This document shows, one piece after another, positions 14,150-27,380 of a stretch of DNA of 64,000 nucleotides (its first letter is position 1; every line of letters starts with the position of its first letter). The stretch covers positions 89,280,001-89,344,000 of the forward strand of contig OZ024742.1 in assembly GCA_964016885.1 (NCBI GenBank), read 5' to 3'. The DNA comes from Eledone cirrhosa (taxonomy: Eukaryota). Position numbers and translations under genes: made by a program. The notes under the pieces are model-generated. The model ran no database searches, was not told where the DNA came from, and saw only the letters and a list, made by a program, of their open reading frames with translations.

Positions 14150-14522
14150 GATACATCATAGAGAGAGTAGGGTGTAAATCTGGCTTCGGTGGGGCACTGA
14201 TCAATTTAGATCAATCGAAAGCATTCGATAGGGTCGACCATTAGTATCTGGGGTTTGTCCTCAAAGCAGCTGGCTTCGGCCCTGTCTTCAGAAGCTGGAC
14301 CACTGCAATGCACAGCGGCACACGCTCGGTGGTGAAGGTTAATGGCCACCTCTCGGAACCAATTAGGCTCTCCCGATCGGTCCATCAAGGGTGCCCTCTC
14401 TCTTCCCTTCTGTACGTATTGACTCTCCAGCCTTTACTGCGGAAGCTGAAGCTGTTGCAAGACATACCACTCGAACCGTGATGTGGAAAGCGGCGTCGGC
14501 TTATGCGGACGACATCACCGTG
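14150..14522 (+). pseudogene. Tx1/L1-type LINE RT fragment
   Basis: GALINLDQSKAFDRVDH..SVHQGCPLS..SAYADDIT. Homologous to the RT at 53566-55167. Confidence 0.85.
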
Positions 14523-14686
14523 ATATATATATATAAATATATACGATTATATATATATACATATATATATATGATTATTCAACAGCATATTGTTCTTTTC
14601 TGCCCATTAATTAAACATATGATATATTGCCAAATATACTATGCATACATTCATGTATAAATCGCTATTTCAGAGCACCAAACCTA

Positions 14687-14747
<61 letters not shown>

Positions 14748-14920
14748 GTTCAAAAGTAACCAATCTTAAAGAGAGAGATGGGGATAGGAGAGGAGATAGG
14801 AGAGGAGAGATTCGTGAATTAGTTAGAAGCCAAAATAAAGGCATGTGCTCAATGTGCAATATGCAGTGGAAAGCAGCTAGGTTGCTGGGATCATGCAGAA
14901 GTTAGGTGCGCAGAGCTGGA

Positions 14921-15940
14921 AATATTCATTAGTTAAGCAAAACAAGACCACAAATTTCACAAGGAAGACATTATTAAAAGATTGTCAACATATTTTAGTT
15001 TGATGTAAGGAATGTAGAAAGTAATAATAATAATATTAATAATAATGTCCGTTTACAATTGTTTCGCTACTCCATATAATATTTCTGGAGCAGATGACTA
15101 TATATCATTATTGATCTGGTTCAGTTGAAAATAATTAACATATTTAAAGACAGAGCGGCTCATCGGAACTTCAAAGGAATATAAATTAAAACTAAGGAGA
15201 GAATGTTACATAATGTAATGTTCCATATATTCCCTTGCAAGGCGGAATATACAGGGACGACGCCCTATTTGCAGTTCACAATTGCACTAATCGGGCCATT
15301 GATTGCTCAAAAAACAATTACATAGATTCTTTAAAAATAACGGTCTCTCTATCACCATCGAACCGTACCATAAAGTAGTAAACTTCCTAGACATCTTAAT
15401 AATGACCTATATTACGCTTACCATAAACCAGGTGAAATACTCACATATATTATCCCACACTCTAACCACCCACCGGCAGTCATCAGACCAGTAATCAAAT
15501 CTATCTAGTATAGGATCTCCATGCTATCAGCAAATGAGGAGATATTTATAAACCATGCACAATATTATAATAAGTCACTTTCTGTATCTGGTTATGAACA
15601 ATCCATTTACTACATACCTAAATGTCATAACACAGCAATTCACCATAATAAACTTAACACTAGAACTAGAAATAACTTAGCATATATCCAGATTCGCCGG
15701 AATCTTAGCAGTTACAGCACCTATACAGGTTAACTTTGCCTTTCATCCTTACGGGGTCGATAAAGTAAAGTACCAGTAATGTACTGGGTAATTGCTGGCC
15801 TTGTGCTTAAAGTAGAAACAATTATTATTATTAATATTATTATTATTACTCTCTACATCAAACTAAAATATGTTGACAATCTTTTAATAATGTCTTCCTT
15901 GTGAAATTTGTGGCCTTGTTTTGCTTAACTAATGAATATA
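14921..15940 (+). mobile_element. Deleted Naiad-like PLE with terminal inverted repeat
   Basis: Inverted repeat about 14921-15007 / 15854-15940. Internal RT remnant GGIYRDDA..VNFLD..SNHPP at 15241-15620. Confidence 0.7.
15729..15835 (+). mobile_element. 5'-truncated S1 SINE
   Basis: Matches the 3' half of 51203-51386 and has an (ATT)n tail. Confidence 0.8.
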
Positions 15941-15962
15941 TTTATATATATATATGTATATG

Positions 15963-16079
<117 letters not shown>

Positions 16080-16324
16080 CTCCTAGTTTATTTTACACCT
16101 AATTCTGTTTAGTTGACTATATCTGGGCGATTACGCTGTCGAGATATTCGATAAATATTCCGCTACGGCCGACGCGAAGCGCTAGTTTCGGTTATTTGTT
16201 GGAGATTTCTTCATAGAAGCCTCATTCTTATAGCCTGGTCTATTCGATTTTTTATATAGTTAATTATGCTAATTGGGAGAGGAATAGTATATATTTTATC
16301 TTGTGATTCTATAGACATGTTTTA

Positions 16325-16371
<47 letters not shown>

Positions 16372-16461
16372 TCTATATATATAATTATATACATATATAT
16401 ATAATTATATATAATTATACATATATACATATAATTATATATATATATATAAATATTATTA

Positions 16462-17069
16462 CTAGCAGTGGTACCCCGTGGTGCACGGGATAAGATATTT
16501 TGGAACGCGGGCCGCCAACAGACCTAATCGTGGTAAAACTGCATGCCTGGACAATATGTAAAGAAAATAAACCGAATAATCTGATGGCTGGATAATCTTT
16601 AAAATGTTCCTTGATGAAGCAGGAAAAATGCAAGTTTTCACCTAGGGCATCAAGAAAATGAGTTTTTTTTATGTGCATATTATGCCTTGAAATTTCGGGA
16701 AAGTCGGCTAGACATAACGCCTCCAAAAAAGCCCTAAAAAGCTGAAAAAATGAAGTTATTCACCTAATGTGGGCCTTAGGCCATAAAAATTGTGGAATTT
16801 TCTTTGTTCACGATATGAAAAAGAGACTGACTAATACATAGTTACAATTTCAAGGAAATCATTGTGACATGAAAAACCCCTAAAAAGCTTAAAATACGCA
16901 GTTTTTCTCCTAGGAGATGAAAAAGTGTATTCTTCATGCGCATAACACTCCCTGAAACATAAGTAATGCACATGTAAAGTTTAAAAACAGTCGGTTGGGT
17001 GGTTCTCGCGTTTTAGGGATTCAAACTCACACACCCACAGACAGACGTCGTCAGTTTTATATATATAGA
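16462..17069 (-). mobile_element. Non-autonomous Helitron
   Basis: Minus strand starts TCTATATATATAAAACTG and ends with hairpin CCCGTG-CAC-CACGGG followed by CTAG|T. Confidence 0.75.
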
Positions 17070-17194
17070 TAATTATATATATATATACATATAATTATAT
17101 ATATATATACATATAATTATAAATATATTTATATAATTATATATATACATATAATTATATACATATAAAATTATATATATATATATATATATAT

Positions 17195-17744
17195 ATTGTC
17201 ATACTTGGGGAGGGTCATATTTGTGTAATATTGCCAGAATTAATAACAGAACACACTCACTGTTTGGTTGATTTTCGCTTTTCGCTTCTGTGTCTTTTAT
17301 ATCGGTAATCTAATTTATTCGGTCCTCAATGTTGCCATTGACTGACCAACGGATAGAATATAGACACAAACATATATATATAGTATATCAAAGTTCTTTC
17401 GTTGCACATCTGCAACATCGTCAGTGGTGCTATTGTTTCCTCCCGTTGCATTGTATTTTCTACGCCATCTTTATTTAGTCTGTTTATATATTTATTTATT
17501 TGTTTATTTTATTTTGTCTTCTTTGCGCATGCATTTGCGTGTGTGTATAATGTATTGTTTGATGTGTGTTCGTGATTGGGTGACTGTGTATTGGTTAATG
17601 TATTCTATCTTTACTAGTGTGTGTTTATGTGTTTGTTGTTATTGTGCTTGTGTACGTATTTATTTATTTATTTATCTGTTTATTTATTTATACTTCTCTT
17701 ACACTATATCATATCAAAAACCTCGCAAAACTAATTCATCGCCG

Positions 17745-17746
<2 letters not shown>
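17195..17746 (-). mobile_element. Non-coding HHR element (family A) in (TA)n
   Basis: Shares the 3' terminus ATGACCCTCCC.AAGTAT.ACAATA with family B. Contains an HHR at 17387-17428. A shorter copy lies at 22702-22938. Confidence 0.7.
17387..17428 (-). ncRNA. Minimal type I hammerhead ribozyme
   Basis: ACCA-CTGACGA-T-GTTGCA.GATG.TGCAAC-GAAA-GAAC-TT-TGAT. Confidence 0.7.
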
Positions 17747-17806
<60 letters not shown>

Positions 17807-18885
17807 CAATTTAGAAAGTTCGTTGATCATATAATCCGCCGACGTTTCTTGTAAATAGCATCTATGAAATAGCCTTTTCGTTTCAATTTATACTAACTTT
17901 ATTTGATTTTTTTTTTTTGATTTTCTAATTTAATTTAATTGTTTGATAATATAGTTAATATTACAATTGATATAGAGAATATAAAACACATACAAATGCT
18001 CAGATAGATGAGAACCGGACTCACCGAGTCTGGAAACTAAAGGAACTAGAATTTATGCTCAGTGCATGGAGTTCACCTAATGGCTCCCTTTCAAACAAGC
18101 TAATTAAGGATGCCCTACAAAGGCTTTCTGAGAACTTTTGCACAACTGCAACTGAAAAAGAACGAATTTGTTTGTGCCTACTCGCTTGTTGTGCTACACA
18201 TGGATCAGTTGAGCCACATTTGGTCAGAGGAGACAAAAGAGGAAGGGGAAGAAGTCGAAAACTAAGAAGAACAAAGTCCCTGGGAAAAAGGAGGCCCAAG
18301 TTCTCTGTGAATTCCACAAGAAAGGGACCAGTTAGCACAATGCAGCTGGGACAAACAGCGGGTTTGCAAGTCTCACCCAACCTGCTTATGCCAACTACCC
18401 AAGCCAAAACCAACATGTGCAAACAATACAGAGCACAGGGTCACTGCCCAGGAAGTATGCTGAGGATGTACGCACTACTCCGATGACGAGAAGGAAGTAT
18501 ACAGAGGCAGTAGAGAGTTTTAGCTGGAGAAAAAGACTTTTTTTTTAAATAGCGGAAAAGATAGTGAGACAGCTGACTTAGCTTCGTCAACTACAAAGCC
18601 AAATTCAGTTACATCAACACTCGCGACCACCTCAAATAAAAGAGCTGGTGTGGCCGCCACGCAAATGTCATATAAGCAGCCACCACTGATACCTAAAATG
18701 TCACACCAGTGCTACTAGTAAATGATCTTGTAACTGACACTCAGCATGGCTTTCGTCCGGGTAGAAAATGTCTATATTGGTAAGGTGATTTTTCATGTAA
18801 ACACAAACGCAGCTGTTGTTTTCACTTCAATTTATTACAAATTACCGGGTGGTTGGTTCAATAACCCGATGGTTGTTTCTTTATC

Positions 18886-18928
18886 GTCAAAGCTCTTTCG
18901 CCACACAGTCTCTGACCTCCTCAGTGAC
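18886..18928 (-). ncRNA. Minimal type I hammerhead ribozyme (relative of family B)
   Basis: GTCA-CTGAGGA-G-GTCAGA.GACTG.TGTGGC-GAAA-GAGC-TT-TGAC. The flank 18820-18885 resembles the family B 3' UTR. Confidence 0.7.
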
Positions 18929-19028
18929 AAATTTCTTATTTTGTGTCGCACCTGTTATATCAAGCGTTACCCTAATATATACCTTCCATATACTGTACCG
19001 ATTGTGTTGTTATTTCCGTTTACCTTTT

Positions 19029-19069
<41 letters not shown>

Positions 19070-19576
19070 CTTCGGAATGTTTTGTCTGGTGTTTCTTGTA
19101 AACAGATTTTCGTCTCATCCCGGCATCACTAGCGTGTGTCCACGTGTGTTTTGTTATCTCAATTCTGCACGCTGTTCGCTTGCCAGCTTTTAATTCCCCT
19201 CCGGCATTTTAGCAGTAATATATAGTTAATGTGTTGAGCACTACTGAAGATCGACCCCCAACCGTGACTAACCCCACTGAAACGTTTCGTGAAATAGTCT
19301 TTTAAGACTATATAGGGGATTTGTAGTTTTCCCCAAATTGACGGTTAAGTATTTGTTCTTGATTTTATTTTGGGTAAGATTGTATTGCTTGCTTTCCTCC
19401 AACTTACACAAAGTCTGAGGATAAAGTTTTTCTTCTTGAATTGTTTTGAATTAAGATTGTATTACTTATGCCACATCTTACGTGAAAAAGTTTTCATCTT
19501 GATGTTATAGTCACCTATAGGTCTGAATGGTTGTTGGCTTTTTGCTTACATTAATTTCTCTATTTTCATTTATATA

Positions 19577-19663
<87 letters not shown>

Positions 19664-19770
19664 GCAAATATATATACATATATATAATACATATATATAT
19701 CATATATATTCATATACATATATTATATATATTACATATACATTCATATATATATCTATCTTAGATAGAT

Positions 19771-20867
19771 ATATGTTGAAAAGGTAACACACAATATGTT
19801 GAAAAGGTAACACACTCAACAATAAAACAGGGAAAGCCACGAGTGTATGGAATATATATCTATGGAAGGCAGGGTAGACACACAATAATTAAAAATATGA
19901 ATTAAAATGTATATACGCACCTCTATAACTATATAACCCACGCGTACAAATCCAAAGAGATCTGTTTCGCCAGTAAGTTGTTGACTGAAATGGAATAGCC
20001 TATGGTTCCTCAGTGCGTGCTAGACTATATGTTCCAGACAACTCTAAGAGAATCTAAATCGACCCTGTAGCTACACGCGGCAGAGAGATGTCACAGCGTG
20101 TTTAGGGCAGTGCACCATTGGTATCTGAGGGACGAGCTGCTAGAAAGGGCAGCCCAAAAACTACTCAAAGAAGTGTGCTCAACCAAACAGAGAGAGAAAG
20201 AGGAAAGACTGCTATAATGAGCGAAATATCACGATAAATTAACGGAGCCATAGACTCTCCAGGATTCCTTTTCTTTTGAGCACATTATTGAGAGGGAATA
20301 ACAAGAGTCTATGGCTCCGTTAATTTATCGTGATATTTCGCTCCTTATAACAGTCTTTCCTCTCTCTCTGTCTGAGCACACTTCTTTGAGTGGTTTTTGG
20401 GCTGCCCTTTCTAGCAGCTCTCTCAGATACTACTGGTGCACTGCCCTAAACACGCTGTGACATCTCTCTGCCGCGTGTAGCTACAGGGTCGATTTAGATT
20501 CTCTTAGAGTTGTCTGGAACATATAGTCTAGCACGCGCTGATGAATCATAGGCTATTCCATTTCAGTCAACAACTTACTGGCGAAACATATCTCTTTGGA
20601 TTTTTACGCGTGTGTTATATAGTTGTAGAGGTGCGTATATACATTTTAATTTATATTTTTAATTATTGTGTGTCTACCCTGCCTTCCATAGATTATAGAT
20701 TCCATACACCGGTGGTTTTCCCTGTTTTATTGATGGCGCACTATCTCTCTCTAGTGTGTTACCTTTTCAACATATTGTATTTTAAAGAACTCAGGATTCT
20801 TTTTCCTTTGCGCACATTATTGACAGGGAATAACGAGAGTCTATGGCTCCGTTGATTTATCCTGATA
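19771..20867 (+). mobile_element. Non-coding foldback HHR element (unit about 530 bp)
   Basis: Inverted repeat about 19791-20258 / 20304-20778, direct repeat 20259-20338 / 20792-20867, and an HHR in each arm. Confidence 0.8.
20532..20612 (+). ncRNA. Type I hammerhead ribozyme (inverted copy at 19939-20019)
   Basis: Consensus of the two arms: CACGCG-CTGA(T/G)GA-A-CCA..TGG-C-GAAA-CAGATC.TCTTTG.GATTTG-TA-CGCGTG. Confidence 0.65.
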
Positions 20868-20877
20868 TATATATATC

Positions 20878-21282
<405 letters not shown>

Positions 21283-21440
21283 ATACTTTGGGAGGGTCAT
21301 GTTGCCAATAAGAAACACACGCACCAGTTGCTTTCACTTCAATTTATTATATATTTATAAATTTATAAATTTACAAATCTACAAACTTATAAATTTCTGG
21401 TTGGTTGGTTGGTTCCACAACCAGATAGTTGTTTATATAT

Positions 21441-21485
21441 AGTCATAGTTCTTTCGTCACACACTCTGTGACCTCTTCAGTGACT
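21441..21485 (-). ncRNA. Minimal type I hammerhead ribozyme (family B)
   Basis: AGTCA-CTGAAGA-G-GTCACA.GAGTG.TGTGAC-GAAA-GAAC-TA-TGACT. Confidence 0.8.
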
Positions 21486-22208
21486 GGGGATTCCTTCTTT
21501 GTTTCTGTGTCTTTCCTTTCTTCTATCCTACGCCATTTTGTTTCTGTGTGTGTGTTGTGTGCTCAGTTTGCGCATGCGCCACATCCGGGTGTCTGTGTGT
21601 GTTTGTGTTCATTTATCTATTTGTTTATTTATTTATTTATTTATTGTTGGTTGGTTGTTTGTTCTATGTGTGTGTGTGTTTTCATTTTGTCCTGTGTGTG
21701 TTTTCATTTTGTCCTTAATTGTAAGTTGTGATGTTGCTGTTCCACTCATATTTTCTATTTAATTTTGGTTGTAATTCTTTTATGCTTACTGCCTCTGTAA
21801 TTTGCCTAAACATTGCATCTTTTCTGTGTGTGGATTCTATTTTTATTTCTATGTTCTCTAATCTACCCCTGTATTCTCTCTTAGCATGTTGGTACAGATG
21901 AATTCTTTATTATCTTGAAGGTCTCGCCAGTGTTCATTTATTCGTTCCCCTATACTACGAGCTGTCTCACCTATGTACACTATATTTTTGTTTCTACATT
22001 GTCCTTCAGTACATCTTATGCTAAACACTACATTTCTAGTTTTACAGTTAATATGGGGGCTTAATTAACAGGTTATACATTTCTTATCTATACAAATAGA
22101 TAAATGAACACAAACACACACAGATACCCGGATGTGGCGCATGCGCAAACTGAGCACACAACACACACACAGAAACAAAATGGCGTAGGATAGAAGAAAG
22201 GAATCCCC

Positions 22209-22253
22209 AGTCACTGAAGAGGTCACAGAGTGTGTGACGAAAGGACTATGACT
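22209..22253 (+). ncRNA. Minimal type I hammerhead ribozyme (family B, inverted arm)
   Basis: AGTCA-CTGAAGA-G-GTCACA.GAGTG.TGTGAC-GAAA-GGAC-TA-TGACT. Confidence 0.8.
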
Positions 22254-22498
22254 ATATATAAACAACTATCTGGTTGCGGAACCAACCAACCAACCATAAA
22301 TTTATATGTTTGTAGATTTGTAAATTTATAAATTTATAAATATATAATAAATTGAAATGAAAGCAACTGGTGCGTGTGTTTCTTATTGGCAACATGACCC
22401 TCCCAAAGTATAACAATATCGGTTTCAACACACGATTTCAGATAAAGAATCTTGTTAAACAAATTCAACAAATTCAGAAACGAAATATATATATATAC

Positions 22499-23055
<557 letters not shown>

Positions 23056-23125
23056 GTAGGAGGTGAGTTTTATTGTAGTACAATAAAGCAATGCAGATGG
23101 AACTCCTTTAACCATCTTTTGATCT

Positions 23126-23153
<28 letters not shown>

Positions 23154-23156
<3 letters not shown>

Positions 23157-23660
23157 ATCAAGGTTTAGCAATTAAGAAAAAGTTTCAAAATAAATTTTTA
23201 AAAATTCACTGTACTCACTATGGTTACCTTTACCGAATCGAGTCTCTAAAATAAATGAACAGTCCCTGCGGCCTTCCATTGAAAAGATAAACTATCGTCA
23301 GAACGTTCTTTTCACTCGGAGAATATAAAATTCCCGAGTTCAAATTACGATCTGGCGCAAAATTGTTCCAGAGATGAGAATGAATGATGTGGAAGAACCT
23401 TCTGACGAGAGTTTATCTTTTCAATGGAAGGCCGCAAGGACTGTCCATTTATTTTTGAGACTCGAAACCAATTCGGTAAAGGTAAACATAGTGAGTACAG
23501 TGAATTTTTTAAAATTCATTTTGAAACTTTTTCTTATTTGCTAAACCGTGATTATATATGTTCTGGCTCGTTAATTTATTAACCTGCCATTGAACCACAT
23601 TGGAATATGGTTGGACAATACATGTGTACCTAGACGCTTTTTACGTGTAGGGATATATAC
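23154..23660 (+). mobile_element. Non-coding foldback HHR element
   Basis: Inverted repeat 23154-23308 / 23395-23556, flanked by (TA)n and (ATT)n. Confidence 0.8.
23397..23483 (+). ncRNA. Canonical type I hammerhead ribozyme
   Basis: ACCTT-CTGACGA-GAGTTT..AGACTC-GAAA-CC.AATTC.GG-TA-AAGGT. All core nucleotides are intact. Confidence 0.85.
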
Positions 23661-23834
<174 letters not shown>

Positions 23835-23871
23835 TAAAATAACAGATTAAAGTTTAAGCAAAGGATCGCTG

Positions 23872-23979
<108 letters not shown>

Positions 23980-23993
23980 CACATATATATATA

Positions 23994-24374
23994 AAATCAA
24001 GGGAATGCAGATACTGAAATAAACCTTAAAATAAATTCTAAAAAATTCATTGTACTTACATTGCCCTTACCACGGTTTCAAATCCCAAAAGAATAGATAA
24101 TCCAAGCGGATTTCCATTGAGAAAGAGATTCCGAATTAGAAATTATAAACTAGCGCCATTCCAAACTGCCTCAGAATGAGAGCAAATGAATGATAATGCA
24201 GTTTCGTCATTGTACCGTGTTTAAAAGCAAAAGCAGGGTGGACAGGTCAATCTTGTACTGCTAAAAATAGCAGCCATTTAGACGACCAAAGGTTTCTCTA
24301 CCATTGGGGAGAATAATAATAAAAGTATGTGTCTACATGTAATTAATACACACAGGGACACAAGTATAATCCGA

Positions 24375-24378
<4 letters not shown>
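23994..24378. mobile_element. Diverged relative of the 23154 element
   Basis: The minus strand carries the HHR 3' half GAAACCGTGGTAAGGG and a TCAATGGAA insert. The spacer resembles 23330-23390. Confidence 0.55.
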
Positions 24379-24419
<41 letters not shown>

Positions 24420-25352
24420 ATTCAAAGGGATATATGTATATAATTAGACATAGTCGCAGATACATATATGAGTTTGGCTACCTTTCACGGTAGAATTAAT
24501 TACTTCTTCAAACTTGCAATTTTTTATATATAGCTCTGATTAATGATTATTTGCTTAATTAATTGTTCATTGAGCCACACCGTGAATGGTTGCCGAACTC
24601 ATATATGTATCTGTGACTATGTCTAATTATATACATATATCCCTCTGAATTTAATATATATTCCCGTAAGGTTGAGTAAAACTTTAGGCAGTATCTGGCT
24701 GCGCTTTCTAGCAACCAGCCTACTCGCCCACTGGCAGCCAATCTCTGCCTTGACCGCTAGCCTCGTGATAGTTTTTAGCCATTTTTGAATTCATTTCTGG
24801 CGGGGATCACGGTAGAAATTTTAGTCCAGACTCGAGGTGTCTCTTGATGAGTTCCAAACTTCGTGGATAGATCCAGGATTGGGTATATCCGGAGAAAAGG
24901 AACAAAACTACCGGTAGTCGTGACTAGATGAATTTTGGTAAAGTTTATATGCATTTTTTCTTCTAACTTCTATTTATACCTACCTCCGTGTAGTTGATTA
25001 TTTGACTACTCAATTTCTACGGGCTAAAAGGAATGACTAGGTAAATTTTATCTGGCTGTCCCTCGCAGAAGATAGTCTGTATCATTTGTCTATTATTTCT
25101 TCATAGTTACATTTTAAACTTATAGCTTCGTTTAAATTATTATTTATGTGGTTGATTTCTACGGACTAGGGAGAGGAAATACTGTATATATTTTATCTAA
25201 TAGTTCTTCAAACTTTCAATGTTATATATAGCCCTGATTAATGATTATTTGCTTAATTAATTCTTCATTGAGCCACACCGTGAAAGGTAGACAAACTCAT
25301 ATATGTATCTTTGACTATGTCTAATTATATACATATATCCCTTTGAATTTTA
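24420..25352 (+). mobile_element. Non-coding HHR element with direct and inverted terminal repeats
   Basis: Direct repeat 24503-24652 / 25204-25352. 24420-24491 is the reverse complement of the repeat end. Degenerate HHR at 24839-24924: GTCTC-TTGATGA-GTTCC..GGAAC-AAAA-CTACCGGTAG-TC-GTGAC. Confidence 0.75.
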
Positions 25353-25517
25353 TATATATATGTATATATATATATGTATATATGTATATATATGTATATA
25401 TATTTATATTTATATGTGCGTATGCATACTTACATATATATTATATATATATATATTTACATATACATATATATGACCCTCCCAAAGTATAACAATATAT
25501 ATATATATATATATATA

Positions 25518-25597
25518 CGATATATTAACAAATGGAAACTATATTTATAAAACCATATTTATTTCATTATACATATTTCATGGACACCAAGTTAAAT
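25518..25597 (+). repeat. Dispersed (TA)n-anchored repeat terminus
   Basis: Near-identical to 62848-62926. Confidence 0.7.
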
Positions 25598-26388
25598 TAT
25601 GGTGCGCTTTCATCAGATAAAATATAATATAGATCAGTTTTATAAATAAATATTGACATACCCTTAAAGAATGCGACCATTTCTGTTGGAAGCTCCCGGA
25701 TAGTGGGGTTATTAAATTTATTTAGTCTATTATTGAAATTAGTGTCGGATATGTTTAAAACACAGTAGATTTAAAAGAAGCCGTTGGGTTATGGAAAAAG
25801 GGAAAAAAGAAAGAGAAGAAAGAGAAAAAAAGAGAATAAAGAGCAAACTCTAAGAGGAAAATAAGAAAACAAGAGAAAGAGAAAGAGAAAGAGAAGAAAA
25901 AAGAAAGAGAAAGAGAAAGAGAAAGAGAAAGCCCTAAGTGATAGGTTGTTGTATTAGCGTAACTTTTAAGATGAAGGGAAAAAATGAATATTTATTGGAT
26001 GAGTTAGGAAGAGTAAATAAGCGTGAATAGAAAATAAATAAATAATAATAATTGGAGAATTTTAACCAGTGTTTAAATATGATTAAATGTTTAGTTTATC
26101 AATTAAATTATCAATTAAATTATTGAGATCTATACATTAAAATTGAGATCTATATATTATGGAGGATTTTGTTATAAAAATTATTTTGTTATATTGTATT
26201 TTATTTTTATACTTTGTTATTGCCTCCTCCATATTGAGGACGCCTTGCTATGTAAATTCCTCCCATTGTATTTGTCCCACTTTTGATGCCCTGGTGGCAA
26301 ATAAAAAGAAAGTTATATATTATTAAAATCTATATATGATTAAAACTATATATTATTAAAAGAATATATTCATATATATATACATACG

Positions 26389-26451
<63 letters not shown>

Positions 26452-26541
26452 ATACATACACATACATATATACATACAATAAAAGATTCTTTATGTTTAA
26501 GATATAAGAATTTTTATTTATATATATATATCTATATATAT

Positions 26542-27372
26542 ATTTCGTTTCTGAATTTGTTTAGCAAGATTCTTTATCTGAAAACGTGTGTTGAAACCGA
26601 TATTGTTATGCTTTGGGAGGGTCATGTTGCCAATAAGAAACACACGCACCAGTTGCTTTCACTTCAATTTATTATAAATTAAATTTATAAATTTAGGAAT
26701 TTATAAATTTCAGGTTGGTTGGTTGGTTCCACAACCAGACGATTGTTCATATATTGTCAAAGTTCTTTCGTCACACATTCTGTGACCTCTTCATTGACTG
26801 GGATTCTTTTCTTTGTTTTTGTGCATCTCCTTTGTTCTGTCCTACGCCATCTTGTTTTTGTTGTGTGATTAGTTTGCGCATGTGTTACATCCGGCTGTCT
26901 GTGTGTGTTTATATTTGTTTATTTATTTGTTTATTTACATGTTACTGGTTGGTTGTTTGTTCTATGTGTGTGTGTGTTTTCATTTTGTCCTTAATTGTAA
27001 GAAGTGATATTGCTATTTCATTCATGTTTCCTATTTAAATTCGGTTGGAGCTCATTTATGTTTATTGCCTCTGTGATTTGTCTAAACATTGCGTCTTTTC
27101 TGTGTGTAGATTTTATTTTTATTTCTATGTTCTCTAATTTACCCTTATGTTCTATTTTAGCATGTTGGTGGAGTACAAATGATTCTTTACTATCTTGAAG
27201 CTCTCGCCAGTGTTCATTTATCCGTTCCCCTATACTACGAGCTGTCTCACTTATGTACACTATATTCTTATCTCTATATTGTCTTTCAGTACATCTTATA
27301 CTATATACTACATTTCTAGTTTTACAGTTAATATGGGGGCTTAGTTTACAGATTATACATTTCTTATCTATA
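26542..27372 (-). mobile_element. GIY-YIG mini-PLE (family B), copy 2
   Basis: ORF 27018-27260 reads YISETARSIGERINEH..HAKIEH..RQITEAINI..LNRK. The HHR at 26756-26799 has C3 mutated. Confidence 0.85.
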
Positions 27373-27380
27373 TATATATA

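Noticed and set aside
15866-15922. Possible third U3-A8 HHR (TTGACAA..GAAA)
   Set aside because: Stems I and II do not pair convincingly.
19240-19300. CTGAAGA..GAAACG hammerhead candidate
   Set aside because: No stem II pairing and an ambiguous cleavage site. At best a decayed motif.
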